The notes under the pieces are model-generated. The model saw only the letters and a program-made list of their open reading frames with translations. It was not told the origin of the DNA and made no database searches. The position numbers and the translations under genes were made by a program. DNA of 50,598 bases from an uncultured Solimonas sp. (GTDB taxonomy: Bacteria; Pseudomonadota; Gammaproteobacteria; Nevskiales; Nevskiaceae), in the NCBI GenBank assembly GCA_966252075.1, contig CBINNP010000001.1:1-50598 (forward strand). The letters run 5' to 3'. Of this stretch, positions 29,912-38,688 are shown piece by piece. Position 1 is the first letter of the stretch. The number at the start of each line of letters is the position of its first letter.

Positions 29912-30598
29912 ATGGCGATGACAGAGCCCGCCCGGCCGCCCGTGCGCATCGTCGACTGGGGCAGCGAGAAACAATTGCAGGCCAGCGTCGATGTGGGCGC
30001 CGGCGTGCTGCTGCTGGCGGAGTATCCGATCGCCTTCGTCGAGACTGGCGACGATGAGGACGAGCGCGGCCCCTGGCTGCTGCTGGAGGCGATCCTGTGC
30101 TCCGGGACCACCGCCGCAGGCGTGGATGCCGCGGACCTGAAGCTGAGCAAGTGGCCGCTCGACCGCGACGACGAAGCGCGGCTCGAACAGCTGGCGCGCC
30201 GGTACCGGCGCAATGCCCGCAAGCTGGCGCAGCTCTATCACCGCGTCGCCGCCAACAACATCCGCTATGCGCACGACGCCGTCCGCGGCTACGGCATCTG
30301 GCCGACGCTGAGCCGCGCCAACCACTCCTGCGACCCCAACGCCCGCATCGCTGCCGCCCGCGACCGTCCACTGGTGGAACTGCTGCTGGCGACGCGGCCG
30401 ATCGCCGCCGGCACTGCGATCTGCTGGAACTACCTCTCCGATCCGGCGTTTCTCGAGCAGGACTGGTTCACGCGCAATGCGCGGCTGCACCGGCATTTCC
30501 AATTTCTCTGCCGCTGCCCGCGCTGCGACGCCGAGCGGCCACCGCAGCTCGATCAGCTATCGAAGACGCAGCTTGCGGAATACTTTCATCGCCACTGA
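29912..30598 (+). CDS. SET-domain protein lysine methyltransferase (SMYD-like)
   Basis: GIWPTLSRANHSCDPN, ATRPIAAGTAICWNY, FLCRCPRC post-SET. Confidence 0.85.
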   Translation: MAMTEPARPPVRIVDWGSEKQLQASVDVGAGVLLLAEYPIAFVETGDDEDERGPWLLLEAILCSGTTAAGVDAADLKLSKWPLDRDDEARLEQLARRYRRNARKLAQLYHRVAANNIRYAHDAVRGYGIWPTLSRANHSCDPNARIAAARDRPLVELLLATRPIAAGTAICWNYLSDPAFLEQDWFTRNARLHRHFQFLCRCPRCDAERPPQLDQLSKTQLAEYFHRH

Positions 30599-30694
30599 CG
30601 GGCGGTCAGCGGCCGGCGCACCCAACTGAGCGCAGCGGTTCCGGCCTTCGTCGAGTTGTCATCGCGACCGGTCCAGCGCCAGTATCCTTCCACG

Positions 30695-33466
30695 ATGACC
30701 CTCACCCCGGAACAGCGCGCCCGCGAGAAGATCGATGCCCTGCTCATCGCAGCCGGCTGGGTCATCCAGGACAACGCCCACTTCAACCGCAATGCTGGTG
30801 AAGGCGTGGCCGTGCGCGAGTTCGTGCTGCCCAACGGCCCCTGCGACTACCTGCTGTTCGTCGCCGGCAAGGCGGCCGGCGTCATCGAGGCCAAGAAGGC
30901 CGGCATCACGCTCAGCGGCGTGGCGGAGCAGGCCGCCAAGTACATGGCCAGGCTGCCGGACCACCTCGCACGCTGGGCCGATCATCTGATCTTTGATTAC
31001 GAATCCACCGGCGACGAGACGTTTTTCCGTGACAGCCGCGACCCCAAGTCCCGCTCGCGCCGCGTCTTCGCCTTCCACCAGCCGCAGACCCTGCACGCCT
31101 GGCTGAAGGAGGCGGACACACTGCGCGCCCGCCTCCAGCACATGCCGACGCTGGACAGCAGCGGTCTGCGCGACTGCCAGATCGACGCCGTCACCGGATT
31201 GGAAAACTCACTGGCGCAGGACCGGCCCAAGGCCCTGATCCAGATGGCCACCGGCGCGGGCAAGACCTTTACCGCCTGCACGTTCAGCTGGCGGCTGCTC
31301 AAGCACGCCAAGGCGCGCCGCATCCTGTTCCTGGTGGACCGCAACAACCTGGGCGACCAGACGCTCAAGGAATACCAGAACTACGATCCGCCCGGCTCCG
31401 GCCGCAAGTTCGTGCAGACCTACATCGTCCAGCACCTGCACGGCAGCCGCATCGACCCGGATGCCAAGATCGTCATCACCACCATCCAGCGTCTTTACGC
31501 CATGCTGCGCGGCGAGGAACTGGACGAGTCGGCCGAAGAAGGTTCCGCGTTCGAGACCTGGAGCAATGCCCAGAACGACAACGACGGCGAGCTACGCCCC
31601 GTTGCCTACAACCCCGCCATCCCGATCGAGACCTTCGACTTCATCGTCACCGATGAATGCCACCGCTCCATCTACGGCCTCTGGCGTCAGGTGCTGCAGT
31701 ATTTCGATGCGCACCTGATCGGCCTCACCGCCACGCCCAGCAAGCACACGCTGGGCTTCTTCAACAGCAACCTCGTCGCCGAGTATCCCTACGAGCAGTC
31801 GGTGGTGGACGGCGTCAACGTCGGCTTCGAGGTCTTCCGCATCCGTACCCGGGTCGGTGATGAAGGTGGCGTGGTGGACGCCAAGTACCACGTCCCCGTG
31901 CGCGACCGCCGCACCCGTGCCATCCGCTACAAGCAGCTCGACGAAGACCTGCCGTATGCCAAGCAGGAGCTGGACAACTCCGTCACCGTTCCCAACCAGA
32001 TTCGCGCGGTGCTGCGCTGCTACAAGGACAAGCTGTTCACCGAACTCTTCCCCGGCCGCACCGGCCAGTGGGTGCCCAAGACCCTGATCTTCGCCAAGGA
32101 CGACAACCACGCCGAGGAGATCGTCCACGCCGTGCGTGAGGTGTTCGGCCAGGGCAACGACTTCGCCAAGAAGATCACCTACCAGACCAGCGAGAAGCCC
32201 AAGGAGCTGATCGCCGCCTTCCGCGTCGACCCTTTCCCACGGGTCGCCGTCACCGTGGACATGATCGCCACCGGCACCGACATCAAGCCCGTCGAGTGCT
32301 TGATCTTCATGCGCGACGTGAAGAGCGAGGGCTACTACGAGCAGATGAAGGGGCGCGGCGTGCGCACCGTCAAGGACGCCGACCTCCGGCAGGTCACGCC
32401 GGACGCGCAGATCAAGACCCGCTTCGTGCTCATCGACGCCGTCGGCGTCACCGAGGGCAAGAAGACCATCAGCCAGCCGCTGGAGCGCAAGCGCACGCTG
32501 CCCTTCGACAAGCTCATCGACCAGATCGCGCAGGGCCGGCGCGACTTCGATGCCATATCGAGTCTTGCCGCGCGCCTGGCGGCGCTGGACCGGCAGATCG
32601 ACGACGAGGACCGCAAGCGCATCACCGACACCGCGCAAGGCACCACGCTCAAGGCACTGGCCAGCAAGCTGCTCAAGTCCATCAGCCCGGACATCATCGA
32701 GGCCGAGCTGATCGAGCGGCATGGCGATGCAGACAGCGCCACGCCGGCGCAGATCAAGGCGGTGGAAGAAGAACTGCGCGATCGCGCCTGCCAGCCGCTG
32801 GACAACGCCGAGTTGCGCAACCTCATCAAGACGATCAAGAGGAAGACCGACATCGTCATCGACGAACTGACCGCGGACGAAGTCACCGCCGCCGGCTATG
32901 ACCTGAAGCAGGCCGAGAAGCGCACCACCTCCTTCCGTGAGTTCATCGAGGCGCACAAGAACGAGCTGCTGGCCCTGCAGATTCTTTACAGCCAGCCGTA
33001 TCCGAAACGCCGGCTCACCTATGCCTGCATCAAGGAGCTGGCACAGAAGCTCACCGACCCGCCGCATCACCTGACCACGGCGGATGTCTGGCAGGCCTAC
33101 AAACGGCTCGAAGCCACGCTGGTGCGCGGAGCACCGAGCGACAAGGTACTCACCGACATCATTTCGCTCGTCCGCTTCGCCACCGCGCAAGCAGACGTGC
33201 TGGAACCCTACGCGGCGCGCGTGGACCAGAAATTCAATTTGTGGATCGGCCGCCAGAAGAAAGCCGGCCGCGACTTCAACGAGGACCAGATGAACTGGCT
33301 GCGCGCCATCAAGGACTACCTCGCCGCCAACGTCGAGATCGCCCCCGCCGACCTCATGCGCGACCACCCGTTCACGGACTGGGGTGGTGTCGTTGCCGCG
33401 CGCAAGCTGTTCGGTGCGGAACTGAACGGGATGCTGGATGAGCTGACGGAGGCGTTGGCGGCATGA
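30695..33466 (+). CDS. hsdR: type I restriction enzyme R subunit
   Basis: CDY...IEAKK nuclease, MATGAGKT, FLVDR, DECHRS, TATP, QMKGRG; ATG at 30695. Confidence 0.95.
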   Translation: MTLTPEQRAREKIDALLIAAGWVIQDNAHFNRNAGEGVAVREFVLPNGPCDYLLFVAGKAAGVIEAKKAGITLSGVAEQAAKYMARLPDHLARWADHLIFDYESTGDETFFRDSRDPKSRSRRVFAFHQPQTLHAWLKEADTLRARLQHMPTLDSSGLRDCQIDAVTGLENSLAQDRPKALIQMATGAGKTFTACTFSWRLLKHAKARRILFLVDRNNLGDQTLKEYQNYDPPGSGRKFVQTYIVQHLHGSRIDPDAKIVITTIQRLYAMLRGEELDESAEEGSAFETWSNAQNDNDGELRPVAYNPAIPIETFDFIVTDECHRSIYGLWRQVLQYFDAHLIGLTATPSKHTLGFFNSNLVAEYPYEQSVVDGVNVGFEVFRIRTRVGDEGGVVDAKYHVPVRDRRTRAIRYKQLDEDLPYAKQELDNSVTVPNQIRAVLRCYKDKLFTELFPGRTGQWVPKTLIFAKDDNHAEEIVHAVREVFGQGNDFAKKITYQTSEKPKELIAAFRVDPFPRVAVTVDMIATGTDIKPVECLIFMRDVKSEGYYEQMKGRGVRTVKDADLRQVTPDAQIKTRFVLIDAVGVTEGKKTISQPLERKRTLPFDKLIDQIAQGRRDFDAISSLAARLAALDRQIDDEDRKRITDTAQGTTLKALASKLLKSISPDIIEAELIERHGDADSATPAQIKAVEEELRDRACQPLDNAELRNLIKTIKRKTDIVIDELTADEVTAAGYDLKQAEKRTTSFREFIEAHKNELLALQILYSQPYPKRRLTYACIKELAQKLTDPPHHLTTADVWQAYKRLEATLVRGAPSDKVLTDIISLVRFATAQADVLEPYAARVDQKFNLWIGRQKKAGRDFNEDQMNWLRAIKDYLAANVEIAPADLMRDHPFTDWGGVVAARKLFGAELNGMLDELTEALAA

Positions 33467-35001
33467 TGGATGAACTTCCGTCCACCTGGACAACAGCAAC
33501 GGTCGGCGCTGTCAGTTCCGGTATGCAGTACGGGTACACGGCGTCAGCCTCAGATGCGCAGTGCGGTCCTCGCTTCCTGCGAATCACCGATATACAGGAC
33601 GGATCGGTCGAGTGGTCTTGTGTTCCCTATTGCGAGATCGACCAAACAGCGGTTCCAAAGTACGCCGTCCAAGACGGCGACCTGCTCGTGGCGAGAACCG
33701 GAGGTACGGTAGGTAAGAGCTTCCTGATACGGCAGCCACCAGAAGCAGCCGTGTTTGCCTCCTACTTGATACGCATCTCGCCAAGTCGGGCCATCGACCC
33801 GCGCTACTTGGCGCACTACTTCAAGTCGGTAGCGTATTGGCAACAGATCGGATTGAAGAAGGGCGGCCTGCTGGGCAATGTGAACTCCACGACATTGGCA
33901 TCTGTCGAGCTTCCCCTTTGTCCGCAACCCGAGCAGCAACGCATCGTCTCCAAGGTCGACGAACTCTTCAGCCGCATCGATGAAGGCGAGCGGGCGCTGG
34001 AGCGGGTACAGAAGCTGGTGGAGCGCTACCGCCAGTCCGTCCTCAAGGCCGCCGTCACCGGCGAACTCACACGCGAGTGGCGCGAGAAGAACAAGGACCA
34101 ACTGGAGTCCGGCGAAGCCCTGCTCGCCCGCATCCTCAAGGCCCGCCGCGAAGCCTGGGAGAAGGCCGAGCTGGAAAAGATGAAGGCCAAAGGCATCGCG
34201 CCGGCCAACGACAAGTGGAAGCAGAAGTACGAGGAGCCGTCGCCGCCGGACACGACTGACCTACCGGAGCTTCCCTCAGGATGGGTCTGGGCTTCATTGG
34301 ACCAGTTACTGATTCGCATTGAAGCGGGCAAGAGCTTCAAGTGCGACGAGCGACCACCACAGGGTGATGAGTTCGGCGTCGTCAAAGTCAGTGCTGTGAC
34401 GTGGGGTGTATACGACGAAGCGGAGTCAAAAACCATCACCGATGCGTCCCGCATTGAGCAGTCCTACCTTATCCGCACTGGTGACTTCCTGTTCAGCCGC
34501 GCCAATACCCTGGAGCTGGTCGGGGCCTGCGTGATCGCAAGCCAGCCTAAGCTGAAGCTGCTTCTGAGCGACAAGATACTTCGCTTCGTTTTCGCACTGG
34601 ACTTGAAGGTCTGGGCCGATCTTGTTTTGAAGTCCCGAGTGGGACGAGACCAGATCGAGCGCCTTTGCACCGGAAACCAGGACTCGATGCGGAACATCGG
34701 TCAGGGGCGAATCGGAAGAATCGCAATCCCCCTACCGGGCATCAGCGAAGTAGAAGCAGCTACCGACGTGGTGGTCGCAGCGCAACAGCGAGCGAGTCAG
34801 GCACTGGCGAACACACAGGTGGAAAACCGCAGGTCAACCGCACTAAGGCAGGCGGTGCTGCAGTCTGCTTTTGGTGGGCAACTTGTCGGCCAAGACCCCG
34901 CCGACGAACCCGCCGTCGCATTACTTGAACGCATCGCCGCCGAACGTGGCACGGACAACGCCGCCCCGAAGCGCGGCCGCAAGAAGAAGACCGCCGCATG
35001 A
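33463..35001 (+). CDS. hsdS: type I R-M specificity subunit
   Basis: Two TRDs; LP..W, P..EQQRIV, RQSVLKAAVTGEL, AFGGQLV.QDPADEPA..LLERI. Confidence 0.95.
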   Translation: MMDELPSTWTTATVGAVSSGMQYGYTASASDAQCGPRFLRITDIQDGSVEWSCVPYCEIDQTAVPKYAVQDGDLLVARTGGTVGKSFLIRQPPEAAVFASYLIRISPSRAIDPRYLAHYFKSVAYWQQIGLKKGGLLGNVNSTTLASVELPLCPQPEQQRIVSKVDELFSRIDEGERALERVQKLVERYRQSVLKAAVTGELTREWREKNKDQLESGEALLARILKARREAWEKAELEKMKAKGIAPANDKWKQKYEEPSPPDTTDLPELPSGWVWASLDQLLIRIEAGKSFKCDERPPQGDEFGVVKVSAVTWGVYDEAESKTITDASRIEQSYLIRTGDFLFSRANTLELVGACVIASQPKLKLLLSDKILRFVFALDLKVWADLVLKSRVGRDQIERLCTGNQDSMRNIGQGRIGRIAIPLPGISEVEAATDVVVAAQQRASQALANTQVENRRSTALRQAVLQSAFGGQLVGQDPADEPAVALLERIAAERGTDNAAPKRGRKKKTAA

Positions 35002-36131
35002 AGTTTGAGTCCTTCAAGGCCGGTCGCTGGCAGCAGCGCCTGCAATACAAGAGCTTCGAGCCGGTGTTGGTCAATCACGACTGGCATTGGGAAGACGCCA
35101 CCGTGAACCTGCTGCTGGAATCGGCCAACCGCGCGCTGGGCGAGTTGAATGCGTTTTCGCTGATCGTGCCGGACATCGACCTGTTCATCCGCATGCACGT
35201 GGTGAAGGAAGCGCAGACCTCCAGCCGCATCGAAGGCACGCAGACCGGCATCGACGAGGCATTGCTGTCCGAGGAGCACATCCGCCCCGAGAAGCGCGAC
35301 GACTGGCGCGAGGTGCGCAACTATATCGAGGCGATCAACGGTGCCATCGAGGAGTTGCAGCAGTTGCCGCTGTCGAACCGACTGCTCAGGCAGGCGCACG
35401 CTCGGCTCATGCGCGGTGTGCGCGGCGAGCACAAGTTGCCCGGTGAGTTCCGCAGCAGCCAGAACTGGATCGGCGGATCGAGTCTTGCCGATGCCGCGTT
35501 CATTCCGCCGCACTACGAGAGTGTGGCCGAACTGATGGGCGATTTAGAGCTGTTCTGGCACAACGAGTCGATCACGGTGCCGCACCTGATCCGGGTGGCG
35601 ATCAGCCACTACCAGTTCGAGACGGTGCACCCCTTTCTGGACGGCAACGGCCGCATCGGGCGGTTGCTGATTCCGCTCTACCTGGTGAGCCACGGCATCC
35701 TGGCCAAACCGTCGCTGTATCTTTCCGACTTCTTCGAGCGCAACCGGGCCAGCTACTACGACGCGCTGACCCGTGTGCGCGCCAGCAATGATCTCATCCA
35801 CTGGGTGCGCTTCTTCCTGCGCGGCGTGGCGGAAACCGCCACGCGCGGTCGTGACGTGTTCCGTCAGGTGCTGGCCTTGCGGACCGAGGCGGAGGAACTG
35901 ACCTCCACCCTGGGCCGGCGGCTGCCGAACGCGAGTGCGGCCCTGGCGGTGCTGTACCAGCGGCCGGTGGTGTCGGCGGCCGAGTTGCAGCAGGAGCTGA
36001 AGGTTTCCAAGCCAACGGCCCATGCGCTGATCCGGGACCTCGAACGGCTGGGGTTGCTGATCGAAACCTCCGGGCAGATGCGGGACCGGCTTTACGTGTT
36101 CGATCGTTACCTACGGCTCTTTGTTAGTTAA
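34998..36131 (+). CDS. Fic family AMPylase (N-terminal inhibitory motif, probable C-terminal winged helix)
   Basis: HPFLDGNGRIGR, SSRIEG, C-terminal VSAAELQQELKVSKPTAHALIRDLE; ATGA-coupled to hsdS. Confidence 0.93.
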   Translation: MKFESFKAGRWQQRLQYKSFEPVLVNHDWHWEDATVNLLLESANRALGELNAFSLIVPDIDLFIRMHVVKEAQTSSRIEGTQTGIDEALLSEEHIRPEKRDDWREVRNYIEAINGAIEELQQLPLSNRLLRQAHARLMRGVRGEHKLPGEFRSSQNWIGGSSLADAAFIPPHYESVAELMGDLELFWHNESITVPHLIRVAISHYQFETVHPFLDGNGRIGRLLIPLYLVSHGILAKPSLYLSDFFERNRASYYDALTRVRASNDLIHWVRFFLRGVAETATRGRDVFRQVLALRTEAEELTSTLGRRLPNASAALAVLYQRPVVSAAELQQELKVSKPTAHALIRDLERLGLLIETSGQMRDRLYVFDRYLRLFVS

Positions 36132-36153
36132 CGATAAGACGTTATCGTTAACT
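36126..36153. repeat. perfect 12-bp inverted repeat overlapping the fic stop codon
   Basis: AGTTAACGATAA-GACG-TTATCGTTAACT. Confidence 0.9.
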
Positions 36154-36277
36154 TGGAAGCCTCCGTAGTTAACGCTGCCGCAGACGACGGCTTATCACAC
36201 ATGAATCCGGAAATTCTTAAATAACCTTTTAATGTCAAATATTTACTATCACTTTCGATCCAAGACGACCCGCGGAA

Positions 36278-37747
36278 ATGACGTCTGATTACTCCTCTCT
36301 CGTCTCCAAGGTCTGGAACTACGCTCACGTCCTGCGCGACCAGGGCATCGGCTACGGCGACTACGTGGAGCAGATCACCTTCCTGCTGTTCCTCAAGATG
36401 GATCAGGAGCGCTCGGAGCTGCTGGGCGAGGCGTCGATCATTCCGGCCAAGTGGCGCTGGGAGAAGCTGGCGCCGCTGTCCGGCGACGAGCTGGAGCTGC
36501 AATACCGCCACACGCTGGAGGCGCTGGCCAAGGAGAAGGGCCTGATCGGCACCATCTTCCGCAAGGCGCAGAACAAGCTCACCGACCCCTCCAAGCTCAA
36601 GCGCGTGGTCTCGCTGATCGACGCCGAGACCTGGATCGGCATCGGCGTGGACGTGAAGGGCGCGATCTATGAAGGGCTGCTGGAGAAGAACGCGTCGGAA
36701 GTGAAGTCTGGTGCCGGCCAGTACTTCACGCCGCGCCCGCTGATCGACGCGATGGTCAAGCTCGTCGACCCGCGCATCGGCGAGACGGTGCATGACCCGG
36801 CCTGCGGCACCGGCGGCTTCCTGCTGTCGGCCTACGATCACATGAAGGTGCAGTCGCAGGACCGCGCGCAGCAGCGCAAACTGCGCGAGCAGTCCCTGAG
36901 CGGCACGGACATCGTGGATGAGGTGGTACGCCTGTGCGGCATGAACCTCTACCTGCACGGCATCGGCAATGGCGAGTCACCCATCCGCTCCGGCGATGCG
37001 CTGGCCCATGATCCGGGTGAGCGCTATGACGTCATCCTCACCAATCCGCCCTTCGGCAAGAAGAGCAGCTACAAGGTCATTGGCGAGGACGGCGAGGTGG
37101 ATACCGAGCGCGAGGACTACGAGCGCGAGGATTTCAAGTTCACCACCAGCAACAAGCAGCTCAACTTCCTCCAGCACATCATGACCGTGATGGAGTCCGA
37201 CGGCCGCGCGGCGGTGGTGCTGCCGGACAACGTGCTGTTCGAGGCCGGCAGTGCCGGCGAGGGCATTCGCAAGCGCCTGCTGGAGCAATTCGACTTCCAT
37301 ACTCTGCTGCGTCTGCCCACCGGCATCTTCTACGCCAATGGCGTGAAGGCCAACATCCTGTTCTTCGACAAGCATCCGCCGCGCGCGGACGGCAAGCCGA
37401 ACACAAAGACGCTGTGGATCTACGACCTGCGCACCAACCAGCACTTCACGCTGAAGAAAAGCCCGCTGAAGGCCGCGCACCTGGATGACTTTGTCTGCGT
37501 CTACTGTGCCGGCAACCGCAGCAAGCGACAGGAGACCGAACGCTTCAAACGCTTCGAGGTAGCCGAGCTGCTCAAGCGCGACAAGCTCAACCTCGACATC
37601 TTCTGGCTCAAGGATGAGAGCCTGGACGACGTGGACAGCTTGCCGCCACCGGACGAGATCGCGGCGGAGATCGTCGAGAATCTGCAGGCGGCGCTGGAGG
37701 CATTCCAGTCCGTGGCTGATGAGCTGGCCCGGCCGGCTACCGCCTGA
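36278..37747 (+). CDS. hsdM: type I R-M methyltransferase subunit (amino-MTase)
   Basis: GQYFTPR, DPACGTGGF, NPPF, VLPDNVLF, LRLPTGIFY. Confidence 0.96.
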   Translation: MTSDYSSLVSKVWNYAHVLRDQGIGYGDYVEQITFLLFLKMDQERSELLGEASIIPAKWRWEKLAPLSGDELELQYRHTLEALAKEKGLIGTIFRKAQNKLTDPSKLKRVVSLIDAETWIGIGVDVKGAIYEGLLEKNASEVKSGAGQYFTPRPLIDAMVKLVDPRIGETVHDPACGTGGFLLSAYDHMKVQSQDRAQQRKLREQSLSGTDIVDEVVRLCGMNLYLHGIGNGESPIRSGDALAHDPGERYDVILTNPPFGKKSSYKVIGEDGEVDTEREDYEREDFKFTTSNKQLNFLQHIMTVMESDGRAAVVLPDNVLFEAGSAGEGIRKRLLEQFDFHTLLRLPTGIFYANGVKANILFFDKHPPRADGKPNTKTLWIYDLRTNQHFTLKKSPLKAAHLDDFVCVYCAGNRSKRQETERFKRFEVAELLKRDKLNLDIFWLKDESLDDVDSLPPPDEIAAEIVENLQAALEAFQSVADELARPATA

Positions 37748-37757
37748 GCTACCCGCA

Positions 37758-38297
37758 ATGGCGACACTGCGCTGCACCGCCAAATTGCTCAAGCGCCTGA
37801 AGACCGCACCGCTTGCTGATCCGCCGCCGCCGACAACCATGCTCGGCGACTGGACGGCCAATCTCATTCACCTGGGTCGCTGGCAACTGGTGCTGGCCGT
37901 CAACGATGCCACTCGACTAGGCGTGGCGATCAACGCCGCACCATTTGCCACCGTCGCCGAGCGACTGGTCGAAGCTATTGCGGACTCGCTACGCGATCTA
38001 GGCATCGCGGAGCAGGACGTCATAGCCGAGTGCTTGGCGATGCGCGCTTTGAACATCGGCGCCAAGGGCGATCGATCGGTACTCGGGACGCTGACACGGT
38101 ATTACTTCGACCTGGAAGCCTGGCACTTCCATGAAATGATCCCGTCCGCGCAGGCGATCAACCGCCGGCTGCTCGATGAGCTGGTGCTGGAGCCGCGCCA
38201 TATCGGCAGGCCCGCCGACCGCGTACGGGAGTGCTTTGATTTGCCGCCGATGCCACGCCGCCGGTGGGGTGAAGCGGCCAATGACGCGTACTGCTAA
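37758..38297 (+). CDS. DUF6933-like hypothetical protein
   Basis: LRCTAKLL...LGDWTAN...LAVND.TRL...DRSVLG pattern; starts 10 bp after hsdM. Confidence 0.65.
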   Translation: MATLRCTAKLLKRLKTAPLADPPPPTTMLGDWTANLIHLGRWQLVLAVNDATRLGVAINAAPFATVAERLVEAIADSLRDLGIAEQDVIAECLAMRALNIGAKGDRSVLGTLTRYYFDLEAWHFHEMIPSAQAINRRLLDELVLEPRHIGRPADRVRECFDLPPMPRRRWGEAANDAYC

Positions 38298-38306
38298 GAA
38301 GTTCCC

Positions 38307-38327
38307 CTGCCAAAAACGCTTTGGCAG
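38307..38327. terminator. hairpin between convergent genes
   Basis: CTGCCAAA-AACGC-TTTGGCAG; no clear U-tract. Confidence 0.35.
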
Positions 38328-38337
38328 ACCCAGAGTT

Positions 38338-38685
38338 TCAGCTTGCCCCACCCTCCCGCCGGGATGCGGCCGATGAGGCGGTATCTGTGCTCGGCACGTT
38401 CTGCAGTGCGTTGAGAATGGCATCCAGCCGCGCTGGCGCTCCAGCTTCATCGCCCTGCATCAAGCCCGCCGCAAGCGCCAGCAGCGGCGACAGCTCGCTG
38501 CGCGGCGCCGCCACCGGCCGCTCGGGGTTCTCGATCCGCACGGTGCCGTCGGCATCGAGCCGGTACTGCAGGCGGTCGCCCGGCTGGACGCCGAGCACAC
38601 GGATCACCGCGTCCGGGAGCCGCGTCTGACGCTGGGCGTCGAGCACGGATTCGATCCGCATCAGGTTTTCGAGCGGACTGGGCAC
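38338..38685 (-). CDS. AbrB/MazE/PrlF-like DNA-binding protein
   Basis: ESVLD..RQT.LPDAVIRVLGVQPGDRLQY.LDADGTV swapped-hairpin pattern; ATG 38661 is an alternative start. Confidence 0.7.
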   Translation of the reverse strand: MPSPLENLMRIESVLDAQRQTRLPDAVIRVLGVQPGDRLQYRLDADGTVRIENPERPVAAPRSELSPLLALAAGLMQGDEAGAPARLDAILNALQNVPSTDTASSAASRREGGAS

Positions 38686-38688
38686 GAG

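Noticed and set aside
28289-30502. 737-aa apparent SDR fusion
   Set aside because: The extension is antisense to the DUF1415 and SET genes; the SDR begins at 29167
36213-36240. dif-like site (TAATGTCAAAT resembles the XerD arm)
   Set aside because: The XerC arm matches poorly and AT-rich context makes a chance match likely
30599-38340. R-M block as an autonomous mobile element
   Set aside because: No integrase or transposase, and no flanking direct repeats found by eye
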